A DNA stretch of 64,000 nucleotides from an uncultured Rivularia sp. (GCA_963665115.1 OY762007.1:4224001-4288000), one strand, 5' to 3'. Shown: positions 22,319-35,224, counted from the first letter of the stretch. The notes: a model not told the origin generated them from the letters alone. Program-made: numbers and translations.

Positions 22319-24138
22319 CAATTTTATATTGATACAACAACCATCAACAATACCAAAAAATTCTCAGATTGAAAAATTCGCTGATTTAATGAAATCACAA
22401 TCTGGCTTAGTGCTGCTAGGGTGTTTTGCTAGTATTGGTATTTTAAAATTAATTTCTGGAAGTAATTATAAAGGTAAAGTTGCTACCAGTTACTGGGGTG
22501 GTAGCCGAGAAAAATCTCAAGCAGCCAGAAAAGCGAAGAAGCAGATATCTAAACCGATTCGTAATTCTGTTGGATTATATGTTGGAACTCCCCCATACAT
22601 CAGAACTGCTCTACAAAAACAGTGGTACAAAGGCGGTTTCATCAAAACTAAACCAACTTTTAAACAAAAATTTCTTTCTTCCAATTCAACTTTGTATGTA
22701 CCAGATGCTCAAAGAGGAATAGCTGTTATCGGTGCAGCTGGTTCGGGTAAAACTTTCTCTGTAATAGACCCCGTTAATTCGTAGCGCATTCGACCAAGGT
22801 TTTCCAATGCTGCTCTACGATTTCAAGTTTCCAGCGCAAACGAAACGAGCTGTAGCTTATGCAATGAAGCGAGGTTACAGCGTAAGGGTGTTTGCGCCGG
22901 GGTTTGCTGAGAGTGAAACTTGCAATCCGTTAGATTTATTGAGGGATGAAGAAGATGCGATCGCAGCAGGACAACTTACTCAAGTAATCTCTCGAAACTT
23001 TGACAGAGGTGCGAATGCTAGCAGTGATAAGTTCTTTGAAGAAGCAGGAGATTCTTTGGTTGAGGGGATTTTACTTGTAACCAAAGCTATTAAAACTTTA
23101 ACTGGCGAAGATAAATATTGTGATTTAATGATGGCACAAGCTATTTTGTCTTTACCAAATCTAGCGACTAGACTCGAAGCTGCTTCCTCCGAAAAATTAA
23201 AAGTCTGGACTTCTCGACCATTATCACAATTAATCAGCGTCAAAGATTCAGAAAAAACAGCTGCATCAATTATCGGTACCGCACAGCGAATGTTTCAGCG
23301 CTTTCTCAAGCGTGATTTTGTTGGTGCTTTTTGCGGTCAAACAACGCTACCACTTGATTTAGATGGGAAGCAACTAATTATTTTTGGTCTGGATAGAAAC
23401 AACAGAGACATTGTTAGTCCGCTGCTTGCTGCGATTTTACACATGATTGTAACCCGCAACATCACCCGCACTATTCCCCGTAGTGACCCTTTGATTGTTG
23501 CTTTGGATGAACTACCAACATTCTATTTACCAGCACTCGTCAATTGGCTAAATGAAGGACGTGAAGACGGTTTCGTCGGCCTTTTAGGTTATCAAAATAT
23601 TGCTCAATTAGAGAAAGTTTACGGAAAAGAATTATCACGAGCAATATTAGGAGGTACTGCAACAAAATTTATTTTCAATCCCCAAGATCCTGAATCTGCG
23701 AAGATTTTTAGCGATTATTTAGGGGAGATGGAAATAAAATTTAATTCTAAATCTCGAAGTATGGGGAAAGGGGGTGGTTCTCACAGCAGCAACGAGCATC
23801 ATCAAAAGCGGCATTTATTGGAACCAGCGCAATTTGCAAAGATGGGTACTGGGAGAGCGGTAATTATTAATCCAGCTTACACTCGCGGCACAGAAGCATA
23901 CGTTCCCTTGTTGCATAAGTTGAAGGTTCCCCTCTCTGATATTGAAGAAATGAATTGGTCGGAAAGTAAATGGGATTTTGTAAGGGAACGATTGATTGAA
24001 AATAATGGCGTACAGGTGAGTGAGGAAGAACGTTCCGCACAATTTTTAGAGCGTAAAGCATTGGCGGAAAAATTATTTCCGTTACCTCAAGAAGGTGAAG
24101 ATTTGGCTTCACCAGAAGAATTGAACAATATATTTTAG
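22311..24138 (+). CDS. virD4: Type IV coupling protein VirD4/TraG (frameshift near 22770)
   Basis: GAAGSGKT, YDFKFP, CNPLD, LDELPT, GYQNIAQL; the two ORFs join at gacccc. Confidence 0.88.
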
Positions 24139-24149
24139 AGTCAAATACA

Positions 24150-24476
24150 ATGACACAAAAACAAGTTAATTCCAATCCAGAAGTATTTTCAATTTTATCG
24201 CACTATCCAAGATGGCTAGAAATGGTCGATGAAGCAAAGGAAAAACCAGTTTTTGATAAAAATTATTGTCCCCATGTAATTGAAATATTTGACCAGCATG
24301 GTCTGTTGGCTGGAAAAATCAACGGATTATCCGCTTATGAATGTACTAGAGATATTCAACAAAAAAGTGATTTCAATGCTTGGCTGCTTGATGGAAAATT
24401 AGCCATATTTTATGTTGGATCTTCCTTAATTGTAAATCGTTTGGAAGCAGTAGCTTTAGTTAGCAAAGGAGAGTAA
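24150..24476 (+). CDS. Hypothetical protein
   Basis: Operonic ORF after virD4. Confidence 0.55.
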   Translation: MTQKQVNSNPEVFSILSHYPRWLEMVDEAKEKPVFDKNYCPHVIEIFDQHGLLAGKINGLSAYECTRDIQQKSDFNAWLLDGKLAIFYVGSSLIVNRLEAVALVSKGE

Positions 24477-24481
24477 ATGAA

Positions 24482-25856
24482 ATGCCAAACATATTTACTG
24501 TCAACGAAAGCGATGCAACAGCAATGCAGCAAAGGTATGAGCAATTAATTGAAGTCTTGTTAAAAGCTGTATTGGATGTTGAACAAAATTCGGACAAACA
24601 AGGATTGAAAATATTTGATGGGGATAAATTAGTTTATGGACGTGATGAAAATCAATTTCGTGATCAAGTATCGGGTTTCTCAGGGGAACTATTAAATCCT
24701 CAATTAATCGCACAACTTCAACAATTGCGTTCTACTTCAATTGGGGAATTTGTAGATGGGGCTGCCAATAAGAAAGTTGAACTAGATGGGAAAGTTGTCT
24801 TACAATCTGATTCGGAAGGTAAGGTAATCGTTAACAATTTTTTGGAGCAAGAAGCTGTTACAGGTAAAAAGCCACAAAATTTAGAATATTGGGAAAATCT
24901 AGGTAATACTAGTCAAATTAATCAACCAGAATTATTGTCACCTTCTGACCCTACCTTCTTATACAAACTCACCTCCCGTTTCGGGTTCCACACGAGTAGC
25001 AGAATCACTTTCGGTATTAGAAGATAGTCCTTTGAAAACATTATTAATTACAGAGGTTGAACAATTAAAAGCAGAAATAAAAGCGTTACACCAAGAACGT
25101 AGTTTATATCAGGAGCTAATTGAGCAAAGGTTAAAGCAGCCACAAAATACCTCATGGTGGCAGCAAATTATTAATAATGCATCGACTGTCGTAAGCAGTG
25201 TAACTTCTGCCGTAAAAATAGGAGTACGTGAATTTAAAGAAAATTCAAAACAACATCAATTTGCAGCATCAATAAAAAACTTATTTCAATTGCAAACCCA
25301 AGCAGGAGAAAACCAGTATCAAGCTGGTGATTACCAAATCTCTCGCAATGGTTCGTTGTATGAAGTTAAAGATTCGGCGACAGATAAGCAAATAATACGG
25401 TTTCGAGACACAAATTTGGGAGTTCAGGTAGAAGAAAGCGATTTAGTAAATGTAAATATTCAAGATATTAACTCATTACAAAGTTCTCTACAAAAAAACG
25501 AACCAATTCCTGCATCTTTTGCGCCAGTCGGAAAACAAGAAGCTGAATACTTTGCTCGTATTGAGATAGTTACAAATGCGCTTGTAGAATATGCTGCTGC
25601 ACAACAGCGAGATGTAGAAATTGATGGTCGATTTTCTTACAAATGGAAAGCTAGTCCTGATGGTAACGTACAAATTGAAGCAAAAGATGGACGCAGTACT
25701 TTACTAGAAAAAACTGGAGGGCAGTTAACAAGTAATATGAACGAACGCGATTTAATCTATTTTGAGCAAATTTTACCTAACTTGCAGTCAAGAAGTCAAA
25801 GACAAGTAATTACATCTCAATCGAATCAAGCTACCGATAACAGCTTAGAAAGATAA
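24482..25856 (+). CDS. Hypothetical coiled-coil protein ending -SLER (one gene; frameshift near 24950)
   Basis: Deleting one C at 24949-24951 fuses 24482-25027 in frame with 25032-25856. Confidence 0.65.
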
Positions 25857-25865
25857 TTTTATTAT

Positions 25866-27435
25866 ATGAAGTTCGATAAATTGAATTTATATATCGATTC
25901 TGGTATTCCAATTGTTTGTGTTAATGCCCCTTTACCAGAACGAATGAACGTATTAGATAAAATTTACATTGAATGCTCTAAAAGGCGGAATATACCCCTT
26001 CATGTATGGAATGCTGCTTGGGGATGCTTTAAGCAAGTAAAATATAATTCGCATTCAATTGGGAGCTTTATTAATCCACAACCTAAATACAATAATATTT
26101 TTACTAATTTTGATTACTTATTAAATAGTGATAAAGCAGGCATTTTTATATTTGAAAATCTATCATCATTAATCAGCATAGATTCTCCACAAATTGTTTC
26201 GTATTTAATCAATATTTACTTTGAGTTTAAGAATAGTGATAAATTGAAATGTTTGGTGATTTTATCAACTGATGATGTTGAGTTACCACAATCCTTGAGT
26301 AATTTGATTCCTAGTATTTCTTACCCACTTCCTAGTCATAAAGAAATTGCCACTTTAATAGAAGAATTTTTATATGAATCACTACCTATAGTAAACAAAC
26401 AGCCGTTAATAAGTGCTTGTGCTGGTTTAACAAAGGAGGAGATATGTGATGGGCTAAACATTGCACTAAATTCTTGTTCTCTATTAAGTTATGATGTTTT
26501 CACCCAACATTTACTTGAATATAAGATAAATCGCTTCCGTTCTTTCAATTTAAACTTTATAGCCAAACCAAACATTCCTGATTTTGGTGGTTTGGATTTA
26601 CTCAAAAAGTATATAGAAAATGTCAAATACGATTTTTCACCTCAAGCACGAACTGCGAATATTTCTCTTCCTAAAGGTTGCTTGCTGGTAGGGACCACCG
26701 GGAACGGGAAAGACTTTATCAGCTAATGTAATAGCTAAAATATTAGGGTTTCCTTTAATTAGTGTAGATACTGCTCTTATAATTACCGATGGTGCGATTT
26801 ACCTCAAACGTCTGTTAGAGCGAGTAGAAGCTTGCGCTCCTGTGGTGATGTATTTTGATGAATTTGATAAACTTTTTGCCGCGTCAAATGAGTCAGGAGA
26901 GGACATTAGTTCTCGCCAAATCTTGGGAACACTATTAACTTGGTTACAAGATAAAACAAGTGCAGTGTTTGTTGTTGCAACTCTAAACCGACTTGATGCA
27001 TTACCACCGGAGTTAACCAGGGTAGGAAGATTTGATGAAATATTTTATGTGGGATTTCCCCAAGCTATCGAACGGAAAGAAATTTTGATGATGCATCTTT
27101 CTAGATTTGATAACCGTTATAAAAATGGCGATGTGCTTTCAGAGAAAGAATGGCGAATTGTACTTAATAAAACTGTTAATTGTACGGGCGCTGAACTTGC
27201 ACAAATGGTTCAGAAGGCTGCGCGTAGCAAGTTCCATCAAGGTAAAAAGATGGAAATTGGGTTGCACGAACTATTAGAGCAGCGAGAAATGATGGTTCCT
27301 TTATACGTTAGAGATACGGATAGAATTTTAGCGATCGCCAATCGTGCAAAATATATTACTCAGCCTGCTTCGAGTCCGGATACATCGGTTTTTGCTCCCG
27401 CTATTACTAGCTTTTGGGGAGAAGTTTCTTCTTGA
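25866..27435 (+). CDS. Ycf46-like AAA+ ATPase (frameshift near 26692)
   Basis: GGLDLLK, PKGCLLVG(PPGTGKT) restored by removing one G, FDEFDK, LPPELTRVGRFDEIFYV. Confidence 0.85.
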
Positions 27436-27529
27436 AATTCTGATAGACTTTAAATTATCAGTTTTGCGGCTACTGTAAGCCTGTTTGACATTACATCTAA
27501 AGCTAATTTAAAGCCCATTAGATAGGGTT

Positions 27530-28078
27530 GTGTATGCTGCCCCCGAATCTCATTTTTATAATTTTATGTTGACTGAACCCCATATCCTTGAATCATTAAG
27601 TCGAGCTTATATCCGAGCAGTAGCAGGAAAAGCAGGTTTGAATCTCTCTATCCGTGAATACGATTACGGGGTTGACGGCAACTTTGATGAAATAACTATC
27701 CGTAATAATCGACGTGTCGAGTCAGGCTTTTCTCTAAGCTTCCAATTAAAGGCTTCAACACAGTGGCAGCGAAACGATGATACTGTTATTTACGATTTGG
27801 AAGCAAAGACTTACAACGACTTAGTAATTCGTCGTAATTTCCGGATGGCTGTACCTTGTATTCTTATCTTGTTCGCTTTGCCTCCAAACTCATCCGAGTG
27901 GTTAATATACAATGAAGAAGAAATGCGACTCCGTGGCAGTTGTTACTGGGAATATCTTGGTGGTAAACCAACAGCAAACCGTCAAAGTGTTAGAATTAGG
28001 ATTCACCGGAAGCAACGCTTAACTCCAGAATCTTTGTTGGATTTAATAGAAAAAGTAAAAACGGGAGAGTGGTCATGA
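27530..28078 (+). CDS. DUF4365 family PD-(D/E)XK-like protein
   Basis: ESLSRAYIRAVA, DYGVDG, FQLKAS. Confidence 0.75.
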   Translation: MYAAPESHFYNFMLTEPHILESLSRAYIRAVAGKAGLNLSIREYDYGVDGNFDEITIRNNRRVESGFSLSFQLKASTQWQRNDDTVIYDLEAKTYNDLVIRRNFRMAVPCILILFALPPNSSEWLIYNEEEMRLRGSCYWEYLGGKPTANRQSVRIRIHRKQRLTPESLLDLIEKVKTGEWS

Positions 28079-28386
28079 CAGAACAAATTCTCCAAGAGGA
28101 ATTGCAAACTAATCCTCTTAAGGTTAGCGATATAGTATCTTATCTTTATCAAAATGGTTGGCAAACAATAACACACCCAAATCCGCGTTTAATTGTATTT
28201 CAAGGTGCTGCTGACGATGAAGGAAATCCCATTCAAATTGTATTACCCAGCCAAAATACTTTTGAAGACAGTAATCGCTTGATAACAAAAGCTGTAAACC
28301 TACTAGCAGTAATTGAAGAAAAATCCCCGCATGAAATTATCGATTTAGTGACTCAAACTCATGCGGGTTCAACAACAAGCACTTAG
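28075..28386 (+). CDS. Hypothetical protein coupled to the DUF4365 gene
   Basis: ATGA overlap; YL..NGW...IVLP pattern. Confidence 0.6.
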   Translation: MTEQILQEELQTNPLKVSDIVSYLYQNGWQTITHPNPRLIVFQGAADDEGNPIQIVLPSQNTFEDSNRLITKAVNLLAVIEEKSPHEIIDLVTQTHAGSTTST

Positions 28387-28507
28387 CTGTGAAAAACGAT
28401 AGTAAACAACTACTTATTTTTAGCAGTAACTATCTAGTAGAAGTTTCTTATTAAACCATAAGAATCCTTACATTTTTTTTACCCATAAGGTGTAACTAGA
28501 AAGATAA

Positions 28508-29341
28508 CTAATCGCATTGATTCTCATTCATCAATCTAGAAATCCTCGAAGCAATACTCTCCTTGGCGCAAGCTTTCAAAATTGCAGTAGCTTGTCTATT
28601 CCCTTTGTTAGCAAAGTATTCCCATACCGATAACCAATCTTCAAAGCTTAATGCGTATATACTTTTAATTTCATTTTGAGTTATTACCCGACATTCAACA
28701 GTATCAGTAGATAGCTTCAATCGAGAAAAAATCTTCGCTTTTGAGGGTGAGTATTGAACCAACCAACCGGGATTTGAGCTAATGGACTTTAAACCTTCAC
28801 GATGCTCGATACGATATTCTCCCGAACGCAACACCAAAATTTCTAAATTTATATTATTGTCCAATTTAATTGGAAGTGCTTTGGCTACTGTTACTCTATA
28901 GTCACCCGTGAAAAAATAGGGATTTGGCGTAACAGCTTTATCTCGTACTGGATTACATAATGCTGTTATCACATCCTGCCATTCATCGTTATCAAGCAGT
29001 AGCCGATGAAGCTTAAGTTTACCTTTATCTAAGAGTTTTTGTAAATAAATAGCAGCTACCGATAACGGATAAACTTGAATTTGTTTTCCATTCGCAAGTT
29101 CAACTCTTATTGTCTCTAAATCATTTGATTTAACAAAATTACTAACATCTACTTTTGGCTGACCAACTAATAATCCCATCTGTCGGTCACTCATGACTTT
29201 CATACCATTCGGCAACTCATAAACTGACCAGGAATATTGTTTCCAATGCCAATAACCTATAACTGTTTTAGGTGTTTCTAAACTATTTAGCCGAACAGTA
29301 TCAAGCTTTGCGTTGGTTTCTATTGATTCTTTTCGATTCAT
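28508..29341 (-). CDS. Hypothetical, probably DNA-binding, protein with an internal duplication-like architecture
   Basis: Two similar segments (YELPNGMKVMS / ILVLRSGEYRIE); ends W.YFA.KGN..A. Confidence 0.55.
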   Translation of the reverse strand: MNRKESIETNAKLDTVRLNSLETPKTVIGYWHWKQYSWSVYELPNGMKVMSDRQMGLLVGQPKVDVSNFVKSNDLETIRVELANGKQIQVYPLSVAAIYLQKLLDKGKLKLHRLLLDNDEWQDVITALCNPVRDKAVTPNPYFFTGDYRVTVAKALPIKLDNNINLEILVLRSGEYRIEHREGLKSISSNPGWLVQYSPSKAKIFSRLKLSTDTVECRVITQNEIKSIYALSFEDWLSVWEYFANKGNRQATAILKACAKESIASRISRLMNENQCD

Positions 29342-30066
29342 AAACTGCCAACTTCCTTTTTATGTTTCACAAGTTATTTACGGGCAAAAAAAAATTATCA
29401 TTGCATGGCAAAATAAATTCAAGCAACCCATTGCGAATTACTTTTATACGGTCTTTGTACAAAAACCAGACAATGATGTCTGGTTATGTTCTCCTAGTTA
29501 TAAATTGAAGCAAAAACACCCTAAACTTAATAATCTTTTTGAATGAAGATAACAACGTCATCAAAGATTATGTAGATTCAACTTACTAAGCTTATAGATA
29601 GTTGATGGAACTTTATTGATTCTTCAAAATTGGCTGATTGAGTTCATATTAGCTTAAAAAATTTGCAATAACAAAATCTTGACAGGCTAATATAAATACT
29701 TTATTGAGAGTAAAATATTTATTATTATTAGTTGGATATTATATTTACACCAGACTGCAACTATATTTGGATAAAAACACGCAAAAATTAGTTACTTTCA
29801 TATATATATGATCAACCTTAATCAATCTAGTAGCTTGCTAATAACAGCTTACTAGATGTTTGTTTATCTGCATTTAAGCACTACCTGTAAAATTTAATAA
29901 TTCCTGCAATGCTTATTAGAAGTAATTTTCTATAACCATCTGTAGTCTACAATTCTTTTTTATAGCTGATAAATTATCAAGCAGAGTATTTTTTATAACC
30001 GAGTATACTTAATTTTTAATTTCTATAGCTCGGCGAACTTTATTGTTTTGACCTAGAAATTCCGCA

Positions 30067-30145
30067 AAATGCAGGGGCAGGCTTAGTGTAGATAGATATC
30101 GGATACAACACGAGTTAATTAGTTTTAAAGCCTGCCCCTACATTT
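30067..30145. repeat. REP-like inverted repeat just after the mobV stop
   Basis: aaatgcaggggcaggctt ... aagcctgcccctacattt. Confidence 0.6.
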
Positions 30146-31749
30146 AAGGTTCCATCTCATGACTTGAATCATTTGGCTTTAGTTCCATAGCGTGCGGTAG
30201 AGACTTTTGTACCGCGACTATTCTTTCAAAGGGCATAAAAGTGACTATAGTAGGCATATTTCGTAGGTATTCTAATGGTAATGGAGCGTATTCACTATCA
30301 ACCGAAAGGTATAGCGTCCTACATTTATGGGGAGCATTACTTGCTGTCAACTGCAATGCTTTGATAGGTGACTCTACCAATACTGCTTTTTTCGTAGCAG
30401 TCTCAGAGCTTTCACCCATACTTAAATGGAACCAACCTTTTGAACGTTTGCTTCCTGAATGCAAAATAAAATCATTACTACTTTGATTAGGAGAATATAG
30501 ATAAGCTCCTGTTGCTTCACCCCTTAAGCTCCGCGCCAAAAAAACTGCATTACCTTTGATATCTGCATATATCAACTTTCGTTTATATAAGATTTGAACT
30601 AAGCTTTGAGGAATAGAATGTTTTTGTTTGAGATAGTATTCAACTTGCTGCCAATGACTGGGTGAAGGAGACGGTGGTACGAATTGTGTATGAGACTTTT
30701 GATGTGCAATGCTTAATGCTTTGTCAACTGCTTGATTTTTAACCGCAGCTAACATACGCTCGGAGCCAAATCTATCGCACAACCAAACAAGTGCATCATC
30801 GAATTTACATTGATTGACTTGCATTACTAAGTCAATAGCGTCACTTGAGTGTAATTGCCTATCTTGATTTAATCCAAGTTCGTAAGCGACTAATTCTAAA
30901 GGTAATTTTTGAGGTTGAATTGATGTTTTAAGAATTTCTAATTCGGATTCTATCTGTTGCCGTAGTGTTTCGCCGCAACGTGTAGTTTGCTCTAATTGTC
31001 CTTTTTGTCTGAATAAGCGAGAGCGTTCGTTGAGTTGGTAATTAATTATCTCAAACTCTGGAGTTAGAATTTCAATAACTCGCTGTCGATATTCTTCACC
31101 TGTTTCATGTACCAGGGCTTTGGGAAAAAAGCGTTCTACATTTAGAAGTTGAGAATCTTGATTGACAGCAGAATAATATTTTTTGAGTGTTGTATAGGTA
31201 GCTGTGCTGCCTTTAATCCCACGAGATATCCCCAAATGTGCAACAGCATCTCCAAAACTATCTTGTAGTTCAGATAATTTAATTTTTCCACCAAATAATC
31301 CACGACAGTTAAGCTTGCCTCTTTCATCTATTGGTACGAGATAAGCGTGAACATGAGGTGTAATTTCGTCGAGGTGTAACTCTGCTCTGACTATTCGTTT
31401 CTCCCCAAGAAGACTGCAACCAATTAACTGTTGCTTCCACAAATTTATCTAAACGTTGTTTGTCATAAATTCCCGCTTCATGAGGTGCTTGCGGACGGAA
31501 ATAGGAAGCACTAGCACTAAGCAGCATTTCTACTGCAAGCACAGCATTTGAACGGATTTTCTGCAAACCAATTTTGTCTTTTACCAAAGTTGATAAATTT
31601 ATCTCGTCCTTTTCACCAATAATTCGTATATTAGTGACTTCTGGGTTGGCATTTGGCGTATCTCTTTTTCTTGTGGCGTGAGCTTCATTGCCTTGCAACA
31701 TTCCCCAGGTTTTGATTTTTTGGATTCTGCAAACAGCTAGTGGCATCAT
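30144..31749 (-). CDS. mobV: MobV (Mob_Pre) relaxase with a C-terminal DUF3991/TOPRIM-like region (frameshift near 31400)
   Basis: H.TR..DTPNANP, IRSNAVLAVEMLLSAS, ELHLDEITPHVH; C-terminal VLVESPIKAL. Confidence 0.88.
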
Positions 31750-31867
31750 GCTGATATGAAATTATGTAGCGATTATTACTATAGTAATCAATTTTAATTA
31801 ACTTCTGTTCTAGCTAAATTTTTGCTTGTAGAACAGTAGTTTTTCAGGTATTTGTTCTTAATTATAT

Positions 31868-31893
31868 TTGTGTGTTAACACGTAAAACACCCC
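31868..31893. other. Candidate oriT for MobV
   Basis: gtgtgttaacacgtaaaacac about 120 nt upstream of mobV; GTGTG/TTA resembles the pMV158-family nic, inside the palindrome gtgttaacac. Confidence 0.35.
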
Positions 31894-32564
31894 TATTTGT
31901 AAACTAATTTGAAGTTATAATTGATCGGATGATAGCTTCTTATAAATGTATTTTTACACAGATTTATTTTAAGATATTTACAGTTGAAATTAATATGTAG
32001 CAGTATATTCCGCAGTTCGTACTATTTTAGCTGAAGTAACGATTTATCTTCTAAATAGATATATTTTATACAATTTATTTTTAGCATATTTGCCCTTTTA
32101 AAGAAATCTATCTTTTGTCTGATTGAATAAATGGGCTTTCATTCGCTAACAAGGTAGAGAAGGAACACCGGAATATTGGTTTATGCAAAACTTTTTTAAA
32201 CTTACGAGCAGTTTTTTTTCAAATGATTTCGATTTACTCATAAGTCGAGCTAATCGCAAAGCTATGTTAATTTTCTCAGTCGTTTTTACATAGGGAGAAA
32301 TACGGCTCTTGTTCCGGAAAGTCGAAAATTGTAATGTAATCTTTTTCCGTTACGATAAGTAAATTGTGTAGTGTGTTCACATTCGGCACAAACTAAAGTT
32401 AAAAATTTCATGCTCAACCCACCTAAAAAATATATGGGTTTTGAGAAAACACAAGATTGTAAGAGACGATTGTTGGAAGTATTTCTTTGATGAAGCCGCA
32501 GGTACAAAGTTCTGGAATTCTGTGTAGAGTTATTTTACAAGAATTCGCGCCTTTCTTTTTAAGC

Positions 32565-32659
32565 TGGAGCCATCTTGGAGCCACCTTTTATCGCTAGAAA
32601 AATACAATTTCTATAACTCTTACTAATAATTAGGCTCCAGATGTCTCCAATTGTCTCCA
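32565..32659. repeat. parC-like centromere repeats upstream of parM
   Basis: tggagcca x2 (11-bp period), then inverted ggctcca, tgtctcca, tgtctcca (10-bp period). Confidence 0.6.
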
Positions 32660-32674
32660 AATTTGAGCAGGTAA

Positions 32675-33830
32675 ATGAAAAAAAATACTGCAAAAATAAA
32701 TAATTTTGACGATGCACCTTTTATTGTGATTAGCCTGGGACTTTGGGGGAAGCGGTACAAAGGGGATTTATTCGCTTTATCAAAACACCGAAGCACACTC
32801 GCTATTTATGGAACCAGAAGTGATAAAGGTAACGTTAGAGTCTATCAAAAATTATGAACAGAATCTGATGGGAACAACTCATCCTGAGAATAGAGCTTGG
32901 GTGTCTGTAAAGAACGAAACGAAAGCTGTCGGGTACTTAGCAAGGAACAAGTATTATGCAAATTCTGGACTTGTTGAACTAAAGTACGAACGAGCAGTTC
33001 ATAAAACGTTGGCTGCTATTTGGGTAATTAAAGAAAAACTCAAACTTCCATCTAAGCTAAGAATTGCTCTTTGTGTATTGTTTCCATCTGGAGAGTTTGA
33101 AAACAAAACAAGCTTTGAACAGTTGATTCGTGGCTGTTGTGCTGACTACTTAACACCTAGCGGCACGATGCAAGTTGAATGTGTGATGTTTAACTGTTTA
33201 CCCGAGGGTGCAGGAATATATCTATCGCATCAGAAGAAAGTAGGGGATGCGCTAAAACAGAAAGTGTGTGCGGTGGCAATGATTGGTTTTCGTAATGCAT
33301 CGCTATTAATTTCTCATCGAGGTGTTGTTTCAAGAGAGGGTAAAACGTCAGATTTAGGAATGATAAGGATGGTAGAAAAGGTTGTTGCTGCAACTGCGGG
33401 ACAAACTGTGGAGCGATTGACATCGGCAATTGCTATTTGTGGAAGCGAAATTGATACTCGTCCTTTACAAAAATTACTACGTTCTACTACTCAAGAAGGA
33501 CGCAATAATGAATTGACGCAACTTACGGGGGCAATTAAGTTTTCCCGACATGAATACTTTACCGCTTTAACAAGTTGGTTTAACCAAGTAATTCCAGCAG
33601 ATGTCGAAGAAATATTGTTTTGTGGCGGTACTGCTGACTACTTGAAAAAAGAATTGAATTCGTACTATCGGAGTACGCCATGCATCTTTTCTGGCATTAA
33701 CATTCCTTTATCAATAGACAATAATTCTCTCGGTTGCCGTTTAGCAGATGTTTACGGTGCATTTTTGTACTTCGATGAAATGGTTAAACAGCGAATTGTA
33801 ATTTCAAGTGAGGTAAATAATCGTGTCTAA
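32675..33830 (+). CDS. parM: ParM/StbA actin-like partition ATPase (frameshift near 32738)
   Basis: Removing one G gives SLDFGGSGTKG (phosphate-1 motif) in frame with 32808; also LPEGAG, MIGFRN, FCGGTA. Confidence 0.82.
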
Positions 33831-34242
33831 ACGCCAGAATTTTCGCTGGCGATATCAACCGCGTAACAAGATGGATGTTTTAATGCTCGATTACATTATG
33901 AAGAGCGAAATTAGAAGTACCACAGAAATGATGCTGCTGTCGTTACGAGCGTTTTGGCTTCCACTTGCAGTTGCGCGATCGCCATATGAAGACAAAGCAA
34001 CTAAGGAACGCATAGTTACCGAAGCTTGCTGTACGTTGCTCAACCAACTCAATCAAATTTATGCTGCCGTTGGCTTTTCGCTGCCCAACTATCTACCGAT
34101 GCTTAATCAAGGAGAATTTGTAAAACAATCGCCTCCCGAGGAATCGAAGGATAAATCCACTCAAAATTCACCCAGCATCAACGAGCAAAAAAAAGCTGTT
34201 GGGCAATTTGATTATGACATTGATTCATTTAGTAGTTGGTAA
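33823..34242 (+). CDS. ParR-like adaptor
   Basis: Overlaps the parM stop; beta-alpha-alpha-like N-terminus (FRWRYQP..LRAFWLP). Confidence 0.5.
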   Translation: MSKRQNFRWRYQPRNKMDVLMLDYIMKSEIRSTTEMMLLSLRAFWLPLAVARSPYEDKATKERIVTEACCTLLNQLNQIYAAVGFSLPNYLPMLNQGEFVKQSPPEESKDKSTQNSPSINEQKKAVGQFDYDIDSFSSW

Positions 34243-34251
34243 TTAATAATT

Positions 34252-35224
34252 ATGGCTTTTCCACAACCTAAAAGAAAACGAGGCAGACCCTAGAAAGAAT
34301 CCTCTACCGTTTAATGTGGTATCTGAAACCGTGCAACCAATACAAGAAACTAATTATTCGCCGACTGAGCAAGTAGAAACGGATACATCATCAACCACTA
34401 AAAATTCAGAGTTTGAAGTAGAAGACTGGGAACGTGAGCTTGATGGTAATTTAACTTCAACTGATTTAAATTCACCAGATTCTACGCAGATTGAATCGCA
34501 TATTACTAATAATCTGCTAGAAAATTCTAAACAACAAACAAAAATCCATATTGTAGATTCAGAAAAAGGTGGTGCTGGTAAATCATTTTTCAGTAGAGCT
34601 TTTATTGAATACTGTGCCTTTAAAGATTTAGATGTCGCAATTGTAGATGCGGATACGAGCAATAGAGATATTGCAAAACTTTATGATGATGTTGAATTAG
34701 CATTTTTTAGCGATGATGAAAAGAAGGCTTCCTATGCCGATAAAATCTTTGATTTAGCATTTGAAAAGTCAGTAATTGTTAATTTACCTGCCCAAGTTTA
34801 CTCTAATGTAACTAACTGGATTAAACGTAATAATTTAACCGAATTGGGTAAAGAACATTCCATTTCATTTATTAAATGGTTTGTATGTACTGGCGGAGTT
34901 GATTCGGTCAATTTCTTCCTTAAATCTTTAGAGGATTTAGGTGATGATATCACTCACGTATTTGTCAAAAACTTGGGATTGTGCGATGAGTGGAACTACA
35001 TTGAACAAATGCCTGAGTTCGTTGCTGCTCAAGATAAATACAAGTTCATCGTTATGGAATTTCCCAGATTTCCATTTTGGGAACGCAATATGATAGACCG
35101 TTTAGAAATTACTTTTGAAAGAGCAGTTTCTCATCCTGAATTTAAAGCGGTATCAAAGCAGCGGGTAAAAAATTATCTCAGGAGGATTTATGCTTCTTTA
35201 GCTGCAACGGAGTTAATTGAATGA
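34252..35224 (+). CDS. ParA/MobD-like P-loop mobilisation helper with N-terminal AT-hook (frameshift near 34289)
   Basis: MAFPQPKRKRGRPRK after a one-C correction; DSEKGGAGKS, VDADTSN, IVNLPA. Confidence 0.7.

Noticed and set aside
29313..30060. 77-aa ORF and the AT-rich tract
   Set aside because: Overlaps the start of the divergent gene, has poor composition, and no structure was recognised.
12249..33830. virB4, virD4, AAA ATPase, mobV and parM as pseudogenes or programmed frameshifts
   Set aside because: These are single-base homopolymer insertions, mostly in a recurring context, with otherwise intact frames; artefact is most likely, though unproven.
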